Shown in pieces: positions 26,181-40,584 of a stretch of DNA of 64,000 bases (positions are counted from its first letter, which is position 1; each line of letters opens with the position of its first letter). Where the stretch lies: NCBI RefSeq assembly GCF_009914755.1, contig NC_060928.1. One strand, 5' to 3'. The position numbers were made by a program, and so were the translations under genes. The notes beneath the pieces are model-generated. The model made no database searches, had not been told where the DNA came from, and saw nothing but the letters and a program-made list of their open reading frames with translations. This stretch comes from the human T2T-CHM13v2.0 reference genome, Homo sapiens.

Positions 26181-27000
26181 GCACAGTTGAATTAAACATT
26201 AATTCATAAACATTAACTCATCAACAATTAACACAGCTAAATAAACATTAACTTTTAAACAAAGGCTATGTTTTATGTTCTTTATAACACTAAGTGCTCA
26301 ACAGAGATATTATATTTTGTAAGTTTTTCAAATCGCTGAGGTTGTATTCATCGGATGTTCATTAGCAAGTTTTATACTATGAAATCATTGGAAAACCAAA
26401 GCATCTTATATAAACAGTGAAGAATGCCTTTGGTCATTTGTTTCTCACATTTAGTGGGTTCTTGATAAATTCTTTATGAAGATCAAAGTGAGGTAAATTT
26501 CAAGTGCAAAATATGGAGTCAAATTAGAATTCTTGATTGCTTTGAAATAGTGATATCCCCGGGACTGGGGATGTCTTGAAGAAGTGGCAAGAGTTGTGGG
26601 AAGGTATTTGTAGTCCAACATTAGTCAAATTGCAATTAATGCATAAAGACTCTAAAATAATCTTTGCTGGGCCCTCAGACCCAGCAAAGTATCTATGCTT
26701 GGGTTACTTTTATTTTTTCAATTGTTCTAGCATCTTCTCCCAATAAAAACTGTATTGTCAGTTTATGTAAAGTTTTACAAGAAATGCATATCTTGGAGGA
26801 CATTGGGGATAGGTGGAGGCTCTCATATTTCAGCTTTAAGGCTACATGTTATTTGAGTGTGAGGACTGAATTTTCTATTATGCTAACATTCTCAACAGCA
26901 TAATTCAATAAATATTTATGTGACTCAAAATATCAAAGGTAGCATCACTTCTTCTTGAAGTATCCAATCTGTGGAGGAATGACCACACTTTGCTCAAGGA

Positions 27001-27288
27001 TTTTTTTTTTTTCTTTTTTTTTTTTGAGACGGAGTCTCGCTCTTGTTGCCCAGGCTGGAGTGCAGTGGCACAATCTTGGCTCACTGCAAGCCATTCTCCT
27101 GCCTCAGCCTCCCAAGTAGCTGGGATTACAGGCATGCACCACCATGCCCAGCTAATTTTTGTATTTTTAGTAGATATGGAGTTTTACCATGTTGCCCAGG
27201 CTGGTCTCAAACTCCTGACCTTAGGTGATCCACTTGCCTCGGCCTCCGAAAGTGCTGAGATTATGGGCATGAGCCACTGTACTTGGCC
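27001..27288 (-). mobile_element. AluS (Sq/Sp-like) with ~20-bp internal deletion
   Basis: polyT-GAGACGGAGTCTCGCTCTTGTTGCCCAGGCTGG...; flanks TGCTCAAG (26991) / TGTTCAAG (27289). Confidence 0.95.
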
Positions 27289-30200
27289 TGTTCAAGTTTT
27301 TTAATTTACCTTTTTATTTATTTTTATTTTATTTTATTTTTTTTTATAGCTCAAACAGCCAGCAGATGTTGTGCCTTTGAAGGAAGTACTGCACTGTGTG
27401 GGAAAGACTTTGAAATATAAGTCTACTTTCCTCACACATTATGTCCTACCAAGCTAGAGAGAAATGGAGACAGCACGCTAGTATAATATGGCCTTGAGTT
27501 CAAATTATAGAATTCAAACCTTAAAATATTAAAATATATGTGAGATTGAATCAGGCTGTGCTTACAGCTTGCTAATAAGTCATATTTTCCACTCACTGCT
27601 CTGATTTTAAGAACTAGCAATTGGAAACTAGAGGCATGAAAGAATAGGCTTGGAGTGAATTTTAAGGAATAATCTAGTTCATTTTTCTGCCATTGGCAGA
27701 TTTTGCCTAAACTCTTCTGTAGTGGGGAGAATCTATCCTATTTGAAAATACCTGCTGGGAAGGAAATTCTAGCATTCCCTATAAAACCATTATGATCTGT
27801 AGAAATAACTTGTTTCCTTCAAAATAAATAGTTCTCTCAGCTATTTTGTTTCTAGTAATGCCCGTTGCAGGAATAATAAATTCCAGCACAAGTGCCACTT
27901 TTTTTAAAAAAGGTTTTAGTGGAATACATTAGATGGAGTGAAATATGTATTCAACAGTAAAGAAAAAAGTTTTTTCTTCCAGATCAAGGTTAATTCTAAT
28001 AAGGAAATAGAAAGTCCATTACTGATGCCTTTGCATGAAAGCTCACTTCCTCTTGAGTGAACCTGAAGTATGTTCTTGCATATCAATGTTGTACCAAAGG
28101 CTTTCATTATCTCTGTGGTTTTGTTTATTTAAATATTTTCCCCACATGTTATTTCTTCATGTATAAACTAAATAGATGCAAATACATGTCTTTTTAAGAA
28201 GTCTGCAAATCTTTCTTTAATGAAGGTGCCCTTCAGTGCAACGGGCCTATTTGGGGATTGTTCAAAGCTGGATTTACTTTCATTAATTTCTTTTTTATTT
28301 TACTTTTGATCAGAGTTGGCAAAGTACAGATCAAATGGAAACCAAATGTCTCCTTTTTGATATTATTCAATACTCTTCATCTTCATGGGGCTCCCCATGA
28401 CTGATTGTTCTCAACACATCAGGATTTAGGCCTACCTCAAGAAAGGGTTAGAAATATCCGATATTGTTGACTCCAGGAAAACTACCTGAGTTAGTTAAGC
28501 AGAGAAAAGAATTTGGTTAGTAGATTTTATAATTTAAGCCATTAACCAGATAAGCATGTGCCGTGACTGAATAGCAAAGAACTCACCCTTGTCAAAAAAA
28601 TTGAGCTTTTTTTCTAGCTGTGAAATTAACTATCAATTCATATGCAATCTCAGATCAAAAATGGTGGTGCACCAGATGCACTGGTGCATGAGAATGGAAG
28701 TAATTGTTTGTGGTTTTCATGAGAAGATTGCCAGTTTGCAGCATTTAAATTATACACAAACTGCTTTTTACATCTCTAATTGTAGCTCTGTTGTTTTCAG
28801 GGAGGGTTGAATTGACATTGACAAACATAGACTTAGAAAAAATACAAAGACATGAAAACAGCACTAAATTTGCCCCAAAAATGATTCACTGAATAATGCC
28901 ACAGTGTTCTATTTATTCCTTGATACGCCAAAATTTCCTTTTTTTTCCCCTAAGGAGTGATGCTGACTTGGGTAAGTTAATGAGAAATAGTAACTGCAGA
29001 GAGGTTGAGTAAATCAAGCACATGACTTTTGTGAATTATTGTATGCCTGCCTTTTTATTTATTTTTAAAGAAAGACTTAAATTTAATGTAATCTTTTGCC
29101 TGTTTCTTTTATCTCAAAATTTTTCATTTACTTTCAGTGCTTAATTGAACTGTACCAGCTTTTACCCATTCAAATCTTGCTATGATAACATTTTAGCTCT
29201 GGGAAATAGTAAAAACAGGATCTCCTTAATAATATTCTACTCATAACTTTTTGCCTCAGTTTTTGACTTCTCTGTAAAATAAAGCCACTAACCTCTCAGG
29301 CCTAAAGAATGAAAAGCTGGCGTATCAGAGAAAGAACACAATGGAACAAAGCAGTAATTCAGATTTTGAGTTTGTAAAGCCAATTGAGTATGTGGCATTA
29401 ATTCCAGTATACAAATAACTGCAACAAAAAGATTGCCAGATCCACAATTCAGTATTGGTTTCTTTTGAAAAATAGTTTTGATTGTTAGAGGGTCATACTG
29501 AGTTTAAAATATAGTTATGTAGATAAACAATAGCTTAGCAACAGGGAATTCAAGGTACATATATTGGGGAAAGGAGCCATGTTAAAAGCAGAAAAATGAT
29601 GAAAAAACTTTAAGAAAACTTCTACGTTTGGGCAATGTTACAAAGAAAACTGTCCACATTTTGCTTGGCACAGCATTTTAAAAGTTCACACAGTGAGAAT
29701 AATTAGCAGAAGCCATTTATGGATATACTTCCAGAAGAGCTGGGTCTTATGCACATTTGCGGAGGGGTGTACTGGGGATATTACCTTTAATACTCTAAGG
29801 AAAGCAAGGATCTCTTTGTCCCATAATGTCCACATCCTCTGAAGGAGGGAGGAATACTGCACAGCAAGCTAACTTGATGCTTCTCTACTGTGTGTCACTG
29901 ACTGGGTTCCTATTCTTTGTATCTGATTCAGTGTGGCCTGCAGGATGTAGACCATCTAGAAACTGACTTATTTGCTCAGTCTCATTCCTACCCTTCACAT
30001 CTTTGTTGCTCTTACTTGACTATAGTCTTCAAAAATATTGAAAGAATGACATATGAAAAATGGAGTAGGCTTAGTTTGTGTAGGACCAAAGAGTGGAAAT
30101 TGTAGAACAGTAAGTGTTAGCTCAATAAAAGTGAAACCTTTCTTATGGGTTTAACAATTTAAAACTGGAGTGGGCAGCTTGGGGAAGGACAAGCCCTCCA

Positions 30201-31123
30201 GTGATACAGGGGTATAAACAGGGAGAATGGTCAGCTAATGGTCAGGGAGGTTACACAGGAGATGGAGTGGGAGGACAGAAATGACCTGTATAGTTCCTTT
30301 CCTTTCCGATATGTACTTTGTTTTGGTTTATTTTAAAATTCATTCTCTGCTTTCGCGTCTTGGGCATTGGGCCTGTTACTATTCCTGGTGGTTTAAGCAC
30401 TGTGGGGTGCTGCTGTGTTGTGAGGTGGTGGAGATGGCAGTGCATCAGCAACACAGATTTTTTTTCTATAAAGTACACCCTCTTCCTCATCACCATTCTC
30501 TCTTGTTCATGTGTGATACCAGCAGAGTGGCCACCAAAGATTTAGTAATGCATTTGAAGAAATTCACACTCATGTCCCTGGGTACCCAAATTTCCTTTTA
30601 CTTTTTGGAAACATATCTATTTGCCTGCCAGTCCCACATATGGTAAAGAAACTATAAATTACAGCACTATAATTTCATTTATAAATGACTCCACTAAGCC
30701 ATTATTATGACCTCTGTGGTTTACCTGAAAACTCATTCTCCCCATCGCCAACAGCAGGGCTTTTCAAGACAAGCTGTTTCTCAAACACAATGATAATTCG
30801 ACTAACCTCTGACTGAAAGGCAGGAAACCTCAATTAATTTTCTAGGAGATTTTCCAGTAGCCTATGTCTTTTTTTATCGTTATTTGGTTTCTATTTTTAT
30901 ATGAAAAATTTGGACTGAATCACCTGAACTCTCTTGTCCTGGTCTCTTTGTGGCCATTGGCATGTGTGACAAGAGACGCTTTTGAAATATTAATATCTGT
31001 GCTTTCTTTTCTTCTATTTTCTTCTCAAAACCTTTCCTCTATTCAATCACAGATATCTATTTTGCCTCTGGGGAGATGTAGGATTGTATCATGGGACTGG
31101 AAATAGGAAGAAGTAATCAGTCA

Positions 31124-31149
31124 GTGTGTGTGTGTGTGTGTGTGTGTGT
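31124..31149. repeat. (GT)13 microsatellite
   Basis: Direct reading. Confidence 0.98.
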
Positions 31150-31605
31150 TTAAACGTCCCAAACAGATTTTGGGAATAAAAAGAGAAAGCCTGAGGGTAG
31201 CAGGGCAAAGAGTTTATATCACAGCAATAGATCTGGGAAAGTAAAATCATTCTAGCCTACCTCTACCCCTACTCTGGGATCTGGAAGGATGGCTAAGTGG
31301 GGGAAAGGAGGAGAGATGATTGATTATGCCCAAAGAAGAGGTTTGCAGTCAGAGAGGAGAGAATTTGGGGAGACTTTCTGGAGAGGAGCAGGTCTGCCTA
31401 GAAGATGGGCCAGTGCCACTGGTGGACATTGCACAGGGTATGGAGAAGCTAAGATGATGCCTGCACATCAGCTATGCTTGCCTGGCAATTATGTTCGTCC
31501 CAGGTGGTAGAGTCAGGTTAGTTATAAGTATTATGGTTTGTGAACACTCCATTAGAGGGGGTTTGATGGAAAAGAAGCTCCAGCACTGATACTTGATGAG
31601 ACTGA

Positions 31606-31955
<350 letters not shown>

Positions 31956-32372
31956 CATTGCACGTAGGTTTATGGGATATTTAAGCAAGACTAGTTTTTA
32001 AATATTTGGCTAATGACTCTAAATATGGGAAAAAGATCACTGACTTTAGCCACATTAGCACCATATTTTTAATAAGGAAAGCTAATCAGCTAGAGACAGA
32101 ACCATGGCATCTTTCCCACTGTCTCTGTCCCTACAAAAAAGTATCCTATTATATACAATTGTACTTTGCTATTCATGTGTAGTAACCACCCCACACTCAG
32201 AGTGACCGAATCCTATATGCTGGCAGTGCCTAGTATAAGTAAACAAGATAATACTTGATATTTATGAAAACAGATACTAACTCTTTCTGAGGAAACAGAA
32301 GTAAAACAAAATATAGATATTTTCATTGGAATGGTTTTATCCAGTGAACAAAGAAGTATGCCCATATTGACT

Positions 32373-33145
32373 CTATTAGTTACCTATTACTACATAAAAA
32401 ATTATGGGAAACTTAGTGTCTTAAAACAGTAATTAATCATTTATTCTCTCTAACAGTTTCTGTGCGTCAGAAATTCAAAAAGTGTTTAGCAGGGATGGTT
32501 CGTCTTTGCTCCACAATATCTGGGGCCTTAGGTAGAAGACTAAAATGTTGGAGGTTAAACTGTATTGTATGCAGGATATTTGCTAAGACAGTAGATTTTA
32601 GGTGCTCTTACCATATACACACAAACAAGGTAACTATGTGAGATGATGGATATGTTAATTTGCTTGACCAGCAATCATTTCACTATGTATAAGTAGATCA
32701 AAACATTGTATTGTATACCTTAAATGTATACACTTTTGGGGGTTTGAATCATCCTAAGGTGCATTTACTGTCATGTCTGGTGATAGATACTGACTGTTGG
32801 TGGGGGCCGAATGGCAGCTGTTGGCTGGAACACCCACATGTGACTTTCCCATGAGGCCTGCGCTTCCTTACAATACGGCGTTTGGGTTACAAGGGCAAGT
32901 ATCCGTAAATAGAGAGAGTGACAGAGAAATAAAGGCAGAAACCATTGACTTTTATGAACTAGGCTTCAAAGTCAAGCAGCATGACTTCTGCTGAACTCTG
33001 TTGGTTCAAGAAGTTAAAAAGATTCAATTTCAAGGGAAAGGAACATAGATCCCACCTCTGGATAGATAAATATTGTCACATTGTTAAGGCATGTGGAATG
33101 GAATACATATTGGTACAAGCTTCTGTGAAAGATGTTATCTGCTAT
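32373..33145 (-). mobile_element. MLT1F/G-like LTR interrupted by an L1M 3' fragment
   Basis: TATTAGTTACCTATTACTACATAA...CTTTGCTCCAC...ATGTCTGGTG...ATAGATCCCACCTCT. Confidence 0.75.
32558..32733 (+). mobile_element. L1M (MA10/MB-like) 3' end
   Basis: TTTGCTAAGACAGTAGATTTTAGGTGCTCTTACCA...GGTAACTATGTGAGATGATGGATATGTTAATT. Confidence 0.85.
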
Positions 33146-33719
33146 AGTGGACTGGTATATTCAGAGTACAATAGGTCAACAGACCTATTGGTGAATTCTA
33201 GTAGTGCACAATTACCAAATAAAAAAAGACAACCAAAAACTAAAAACTATTCAATGGTTTATAATAAACCTCTTGGCAATTTTAGATAAAGGGACATTCT
33301 CCTGAAATAAAGAAAGAGACTTTCATCAAAATTGACTTTCAATTTCACGGATATGTAATTAATTTGTCTTGGAATGTAATAGAGATATTGTACATCTGTC
33401 ATGATTTATATCTACCAATTTTATCTCAAGATGCTTTGTCATATTTTTCTACTTTTCCTATTTTTCTCATTTAAAATAATACTTTTTGATAACTAGGATG
33501 GGAGGATACTCTCAAACTTTTAAATAAAATTATTAGGCTAGAAAGCAAAATTCATATTTTATATATTTAATTTTAATGTCTATATGATGAATATATACAT
33601 TATTAAACAGTAGTGTATTAAAATTATCTAAGTGGAAGAAAAGTACGTCTATCTTTCTCTTTTTCTTTCAGTATCAGTTATATTCCTTTAGGCTATGACT
33701 CCTCATAATGACTTAACCA

Positions 33720-34105
33720 TTGTGCATATCTATTATCTCCCTAACAATTTGAGAAATGGGACTTCTGAGGCATGGTGGGTGAGGGCTCTGGCTCTCCTTC
33801 TCGGAGTCTCTTAGTTCTGCTTCCTCCCTGTGCTAGTTTAAGCTTAGGCCAGTTGCAGGCTGGCTGTGGCAGTTCTAGGTGTTACATTTACAGACAACAA
33901 TGAGAAGTGCCAAGGGATGGTCTCTTCTGATGTTTCCTTCTTAGGAAAGGAAACTTCTTCCAGAAGATCTCCTCTTCCCATAACTCTGGCTAGAACTGGG
34001 TCATATGCACACCTCAAACAGCTACTGGCAAAATAAGACCATCTTGATGAATTTCTACCAAAGAAGATTTAACTCTGAGAGCTGGGATAGGGTCATGTTT
34101 CCTAA
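33720..34105 (-). mobile_element. Old MLT1-like LTR fragment
   Basis: CTTCCAGAAG...TGGCTAGAACTGGGTCATATGCACACC. Confidence 0.55.
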
Positions 34106-34107
34106 AT

Positions 34108-34378
34108 CGGGAGTCTGTAAACTGTAGCCAGTGGGTCAAATTCAGCCCTCTGACTGTTTTGTAAAAAAGTTTTATTGGGGCATAGCTACACTTTTTCATT
34201 CACATGCTGACTATGCCCACTTTTGCACTAAATCTGCAGAGTTTAGTGCAGTTTAGTGTGCTGCCCTAAATGCCGCAGTTTTAGTTTAGTTTAGTTTAGT
34301 TGCAGCACAGACCGTGTCACCTCCAAAGGTGAAAATATTTACTATGTGGCTCTTTATAAAAACTGTTTGCTGACTCAA
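34108..34378. mobile_element. MER58A hAT-Charlie MITE with internal (TTTAG)n expansion
   Basis: AAACTGTAGCC..TGGGTCAAATTCAGCC...AAAATATTTACTATGTGGCTCTTTATAAAAACTGTTTGCTGAC. Confidence 0.85.
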
Positions 34379-36989
34379 CTCAAATAATGGGACAAAACTG
34401 GGCTCTGTCTCTCAAGGAAAAATGAGGAAACGTTGCACAGGCAACAGTGACTAAATTCCTACTTAATTTTCCAAAAAAATACCTTATGCCAATTTCCACA
34501 AACCTTATAGACAATATTATATTTACTTTGTGACATTTTATGCTGTTATTTATTTTGGTCATCCTGTTAGTTGTTAAGGTTATTATGTACTGTATATAAT
34601 TTTACAGTTTTTCTATGCTCTGGATTTCAGGATAAAATTCACTGTCAGGTTAAGATTGTACCTTCTTCCTTTGCCTTATAAAGTAGCCGTGAAGCCCTAC
34701 TGACCTTTAATTCTATCAGTAACCACATCATATTTTCTACTCAGTATTCTACTTGGCCAAAATTTACAGAATGAATTAACTAGAATAAAACTTTATGAAG
34801 GACCCATTCTATTTAAATATTAATGTGATTTTTATTTCTATCCACAGGTCAATTTCACTCTAAGCAGAGACCAATGCAGATGAATCCTAACTACTTCCTG
34901 AGAAAGCCTGGGGTGCAGGGGCCACTCAGAGTCACTGTTTGTGTGTGTAGGTGGAGGGGGATCAATTCAGGCATATGTTTCAATTCAGACATTTTAGAAT
35001 AGAGAAGGGAAAACCTACTTTCTACTCAGGGACGAACTGGTTATAAGCAATCTGGAAAATCTACTTCCTAGGTACTATAGCCTTGAAGATATTGTTCTAA
35101 AAGTTTAATTGTGAGAAACATGATTAGTTGAGGGCTTCTGGAAGACATGCAGTCTAGCTATATATCCCCTAGAAAATAGGTATTTAAAATTCCATTCTTC
35201 ACTCAAGCTTCATTATCTGAGAACTATATACTTCAGTCGTATTATTCTGATTCTTTTTAGAGTTGTTGTTATCAAAGACATCTTTGTTGTTATGCCCTCA
35301 TTTCATACTGCGGAATGCTGTCAGAAATAGCCATGCACAAATCACTATTGCACAAATTGTAGGGATGTTGTTAAAGATAGTGTGGGTTCTGCCACTACAG
35401 GAACTGTATGAGTTTACCTCTTCTGAGTGTCTGGGTTGTTTTTATAACTTATGGTTGATGAAAATTTTTTCAAACACAATTACATATGGACTTCACATAA
35501 AGCATATCAGAACAACAGGGAAACTGGTAAAAACCAGGGTGGCAGCTGGAGGCACCCACTCCACCTCTCCGTAGCACCCTGAGACAGTTTTAAAGGGAAA
35601 TCTCAGGCTCTGCTGAGCTAGATTAGAATCTACCTATGAACTCATTGCATTTCCAATTGGATTTACCCACCAAAAAGCCCAAACACAAACTTGCAGTCCA
35701 GCTTTAAATTGTCTAACTTACTTTGCTTGGCCTAATGATTCAGACCTCACTTTACCTTTCGTTGAATTCTGTATCTTTAATAGCAACCATAAAATCTTGT
35801 TGTTTAAGAAGAAATATTTTTATAAAATGCTACAAACCTTTTTTGTTTTAAAGGATAAGGTATAATTTGATAATTACAAATACTTCTAGGATTGTGACCA
35901 AGAATTTCATCAGGGATTGGTAATAAGCTCATTGTGTAATTGTTTTATGCAGCACAGTAAGCTCTCTGTCAGATTCTTCCTGTAATATTCAAAACTACAG
36001 GTAAACACAGATTAGCACCTATATTTTAAATGTGTTTGCTGCCTCCCTGTCATTTGAAAGCACAGCTGATTAAAGTGAGAATTGTAGGTGGAGGCTTCAC
36101 CTTATGAAAGTTGGTCTTATTTGTTGCATGGAATCTTCTTTTCTCTTGAGATTCAGAAATTATGTTCAATCTAGCTTCCTTCATTCTCATGAAACTAGCT
36201 GAAATTCTAGCTGGTAACATGCTCCATTTTTTCGTCTGTTAGCTTTTATCACAGCAGAGTGACAGATCTTTCAAGGGGCTTTCTTGCAACCTCCTTGGGA
36301 TTTTGCTCCTGCTCTTATAAAGACTCTTGACTTTAGTAAAAGCATTCAGAGCCTGTACCATGCAAACCACCAGTTACACAGTCTTTGACACTCTTCTATG
36401 TGGCATTTCTATAATGCTTACATCTGTAAAAACCCATGTCTCTTCGGAATAAGTTGAAAATATTTTAAAATACTTTTTTTTTAAGAAAAGTGATATGCAG
36501 ATATCTTAGCAAATCCATCTGTCTCTGGTATAGGCAGTGGGACAGGTTCAAATAAAGGGTCCCTGAGTGATAGTTGGAGTAAAAATAAAATGTTTGTGAG
36601 GGCAGGTACTACCTCACCTCTTTTCCTCCTATCAGACACCCTATTTTACCTGTGCAACCCTGTATTCCATTGTGGGTCCAGAAAGAGTTTCCATGTTCTG
36701 GTAGCATTACCTCCCCTTCTTCTTTTAGTTCAGCAGCTTAAACATTTCTAGGGGTGTAAATGAAATAACACAATTAGGTTCTTCATTCTTTGACTCCATA
36801 TTCTCTTTAATTGGACAGCTGTATTCGAAGAGTGGCAGTTAATAGACAGATTGAACCTAGGCAGATAGATAATATGAAGGATAATAGAATCCTGATCACT
36901 TTCATTTCAACACATTCCCAGAATAGCTACACTATCTGAATAAAAAATAGTGGTGGGATTAGCTGCTTTAGTGAGGGCAGTGATAAACC

Positions 36990-37098
36990 AAAAGTGTCTA
37001 AAGGACAAGGTTCAGGATAGGGAAAATACTAGAGAAAAATACTATATGAAAAAAAGGTGAAAGAACTAAGCATTTTTTCCCAGAGCAGAGAAAAAGAG

Positions 37099-37147
<49 letters not shown>

Positions 37148-37460
37148 ATGGATGTGCAGGGATGATGGAGAGATTTTTAAGGGCTATCATATATCATATG
37201 TAAGAAGTAGAAAAGATATCATTAGATGCAAACTCTGTGGCTTAAGAGGCTGCAATATATAAAAGAAATTTTATTTGCAATTAGTTGATAGCAAATAGAA
37301 AGTTCCAACTGGGAAAAACATCATTGTCTTTCACTAAATTTATGGTCACTGATGGTTTTCCAATAATTGTTAGGACCTTCCTAGAGGTGCTATGAAAGGC
37401 ATCCTGCATACCGGTTGGTTTACTCAGAGTAAAAGTCTCTCCAACTCGGAACTATCATAA
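36990..37460 (+). mobile_element. CR1/L3 LINE fragment
   Basis: TATGAAAAAAAGGTGAAAGAACTAAGCATTTTTTCCCAGAGCAGAGAA...TCTTTCACTAAA...TCTCTCCAACTC; highly diverged. Confidence 0.55.
37101..37145. repeat. Interrupted (TG)n microsatellite
   Basis: Direct reading. Confidence 0.97.
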
Positions 37461-38025
37461 TTCTCCAATTTTAGTACAGTCTGGCATTTTTGTTCCTGCT
37501 TTCACCTGGCTTCAGTTACGTAGGTTCCAAAACAGTCATGACTGTGATATTCTTCCTAGTGTGCTCTTAGATATTGCTATTGAATTATGACTATTTGACT
37601 TCTTGGTGATCTGAGGTGATTCAGACAGCTGGAAATTTCTTTTTCTTTTAGCACAGAAAAGCTAAGCATGGCTAACTGTGGCACCTCTTTCAAGATGGTG
37701 GTTCACAGTGTTCTTCCTGTGCCTAGTTCTTGCATTAGTCAATTTCTTCTCACCATGGATGTTATAGCAGCTTCGTTGGTTCTGTAGGGAATAAACTGTT
37801 TCCCTAAACATCAAAGTTACTTCTGAAATAATTCAGGGGGTATAGAGAATATAATCTAATAAATTCTAAATATGAATATTATTATCAATTGCTTATAAAG
37901 GTTGAAAATTGTCTACTTTCTTATCAAACCACACACTATTGCCCCTTTGTTTCTTAGAGAATATATGTTCAAAGGCACAATGCAGGCAAATGAATATTCT
38001 TTATTATTTAGGACCTGTGACCCCC

Positions 38026-38580
38026 TGTCAGGGTCCAAAATGGCCCACTAAAATTAGGGCAACTCAAAGAAGGTTTGATAAAGATACTACTTGCAAAGGT
38101 GTGGGAAGGGAGTAGAGAAAGTACATGGGATAGTGTAACACTCAGGCACTAACGCAGTGGTCCTCTTACCATCTTCAGGCCTGAAGGGAGGAGGGAGGAG
38201 ACAATTACTAGCACCTGGAAGGAGGAGGCCGTGTAAGTAGCTGTGTTAAAAGGAGTTTAACCTTAGGTTGAAGTTAGTTTAGAGCCAATCTGAGGCAACC
38301 TGGCAGGGAACCGGGAGAACAAATACCCAGACTCCATGATCTGGTCCGATCTTTCTCTCCTCTCTCCTGCCAGGACTCTTCATTTTATACATGATAGCCT
38401 TGAAGTAACAAGTAGAGTTTGCATCTGATGATAGCTCTCTACTTCCTCTGCATGATAGCCCTCATAGTCTCCGTTTCATGTAGTGCATATGCTCGGGCAG
38501 GCTCCTGGAGCAGGGGAGACCCTGGAGAAGGGTGGAGGGTGGATCTGAATGGGCAAATGGTAGATTGCTGGCACCCAGCA
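38026..38580 (-). mobile_element. Ancient LTR remnant (family uncertain, LTR78-like)
   Basis: TGTCAGGGTCC start and purine-rich body ending GTGGATCTGAATGGGCAAATGG. Confidence 0.4.
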
Positions 38581-39734
38581 CCCATGCCCTGGCAGCACGG
38601 GGGATCTTGGTCAGACCTTGATTCCACCTTTTGTTCTTCTCCCTGAATGCCTAGAGCAGATAGTTTTGGACCCCTTTCTCTTTAGGCCTTCACTTTCAAT
38701 GCCATCTGAGATAGTACCACATGAGTAATATGAAGAGCAAGAACAGGGAGGAAGAAAATAACTGTCCCTTACCCTTCTCTCACCAAGGGTCCATTCTCCA
38801 GCATAGGGGCCCTGAGCAACACGTTTTATTTCCTTTCTACCTATGGTGTCACAGAGTTTCACTTTTCATAGGGATAAGCTAAAAGGCTTTCACTGAGTTT
38901 TTCCCTTGAGTTGGGAATGAAGAATGTCAGGGGGCAGAACCCATAGTCATCCTGAAAATTTTAGGGAAACGTCCTATCCTAAAATTTTGCTTAGAAAAAT
39001 AGCCTTCAAAACAGTGCTAGTTCAGGTACACCTACTTCTACTGATTCTAACATTACAGATGTGGAAGGTTAGCCCATCAGGACTTTTCTTCCTCTTGTGT
39101 TCTCATTAGAGAATAAACATTTTAGAGAGGTGTTGGCTAACATTACTCCCTCCGTATGATATCACAGACTGTGTTTGACATTTGCTTCTTTCTCACATAT
39201 TGCTGAGTGAGAAATCAGAATATGCAATTCAGCAAATCCAGGGCAAGAATTTGGTCTGCAATGTCACCTAAAATGCTATGCTGAAAGCCATATCAAGATT
39301 TTAAAATAGATGCCTTTAGCACTTTGTTTTTGGTAAATCTGAGAGAAACCATGAGTGATTGCAAAACTTGATGGTAGTTGTTTAATAAACAAAAATAAAG
39401 GTGGTAGGCTGGGAAAAAATATGGGATAAAAGCACAGAACAGGCGATGTGGAGTGTGTAAACGCTGCTGTTTCTTCATTTTCTGTTAGCCTTACTCAATA
39501 CAACCAGAAAAGTAATGTTCTAAAGATGGTACTGACACTCTCTTGGTCTTAGCGGAGTTAAATGAGATAATAATCATTTGTGTGCATTAATGTGTAGACT
39601 ATTGGCACAAAATGGGAAGTTAAGAGATTTTGTGTGTTGCAACGTGAGACAGAAAACGTAATTTTGCTGATTGTATATTTTTAAAAAGACTTAACTAGGC
39701 TTTCTGGAAAATTATTTTGCTACTTGTTAACCTA

Positions 39735-39965
39735 GACCTGGGTTTGGCAAACTTTTTATGTAAAGGGCCAGATTATACAGGTTAAATACTGTGAGCTTTG
39801 TAGGCTAATGATCTGCCACAGCTACTCCTCTGTCATCATTGTCCAAAAGTTGCCATCTATAGTACATAAATGAATGAGAATAGCTGTGTTCCATTTAAAC
39901 TTCATTTATATAAACAGGCATGAGCTTGACTTAGCCTGCAGGCTGTCATTTGTGAAAACTGACCT
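39735..39965. mobile_element. MER58A hAT-Charlie MITE
   Basis: GGGTTTGGCAAACTTTTTATGTAAAGGGCCAGAT...GCTGTGTTCCATTTAAACTT. Confidence 0.85.
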
Positions 39966-40584
39966 AAATCTAAACAATTGTTTGTCTATGGTTTCTAAAA
40001 TTTTATATATTAACATTATGAAAAAATGGGGCAATACAAAGAAACTGAAACTCTCTTCACTCAGTTTTGGAGATACTCAATTAATTGGGTATTTTAAAAG
40101 TCCAAAATCCCACTGTTGCATTTTAAACCCTTAAGTACAACATGGTCTTAGATATTTTGTTATTATAAATTGGAGTTATGAGGCACTTAACAAGAATTTA
40201 GGATGTTAGGACATTGTCACATCCCTACCAGTGACCACCAGGAAAGAATGACACCTAGATAGGTACTGTAAAATTTGATAGATATCCTGGAACATCTGAT
40301 GTTTTCATGATTTCAGAGCCAAATATTATCTCAGCAAATAATCCATTAATGTGATACAGGCATAGCACACGGAAGCATGCATTTCTTCTTACTTGAAATG
40401 GATTCACCAAAGTACCAAGAAGCTGTATAAATATGAGTAGAGAAAATTTCTCTCTAATTTGAGAAGAATGTATTTAATCAGCCATAAGTTGGAAACAAAC
40501 TGTGATTTTTTTCCAGTTACTCTTTTCTTTTTCTTTCTTTCTTTTCCTTTTTTTTTCTTTTGCCTATGTCAATGCCCTTCAGCT

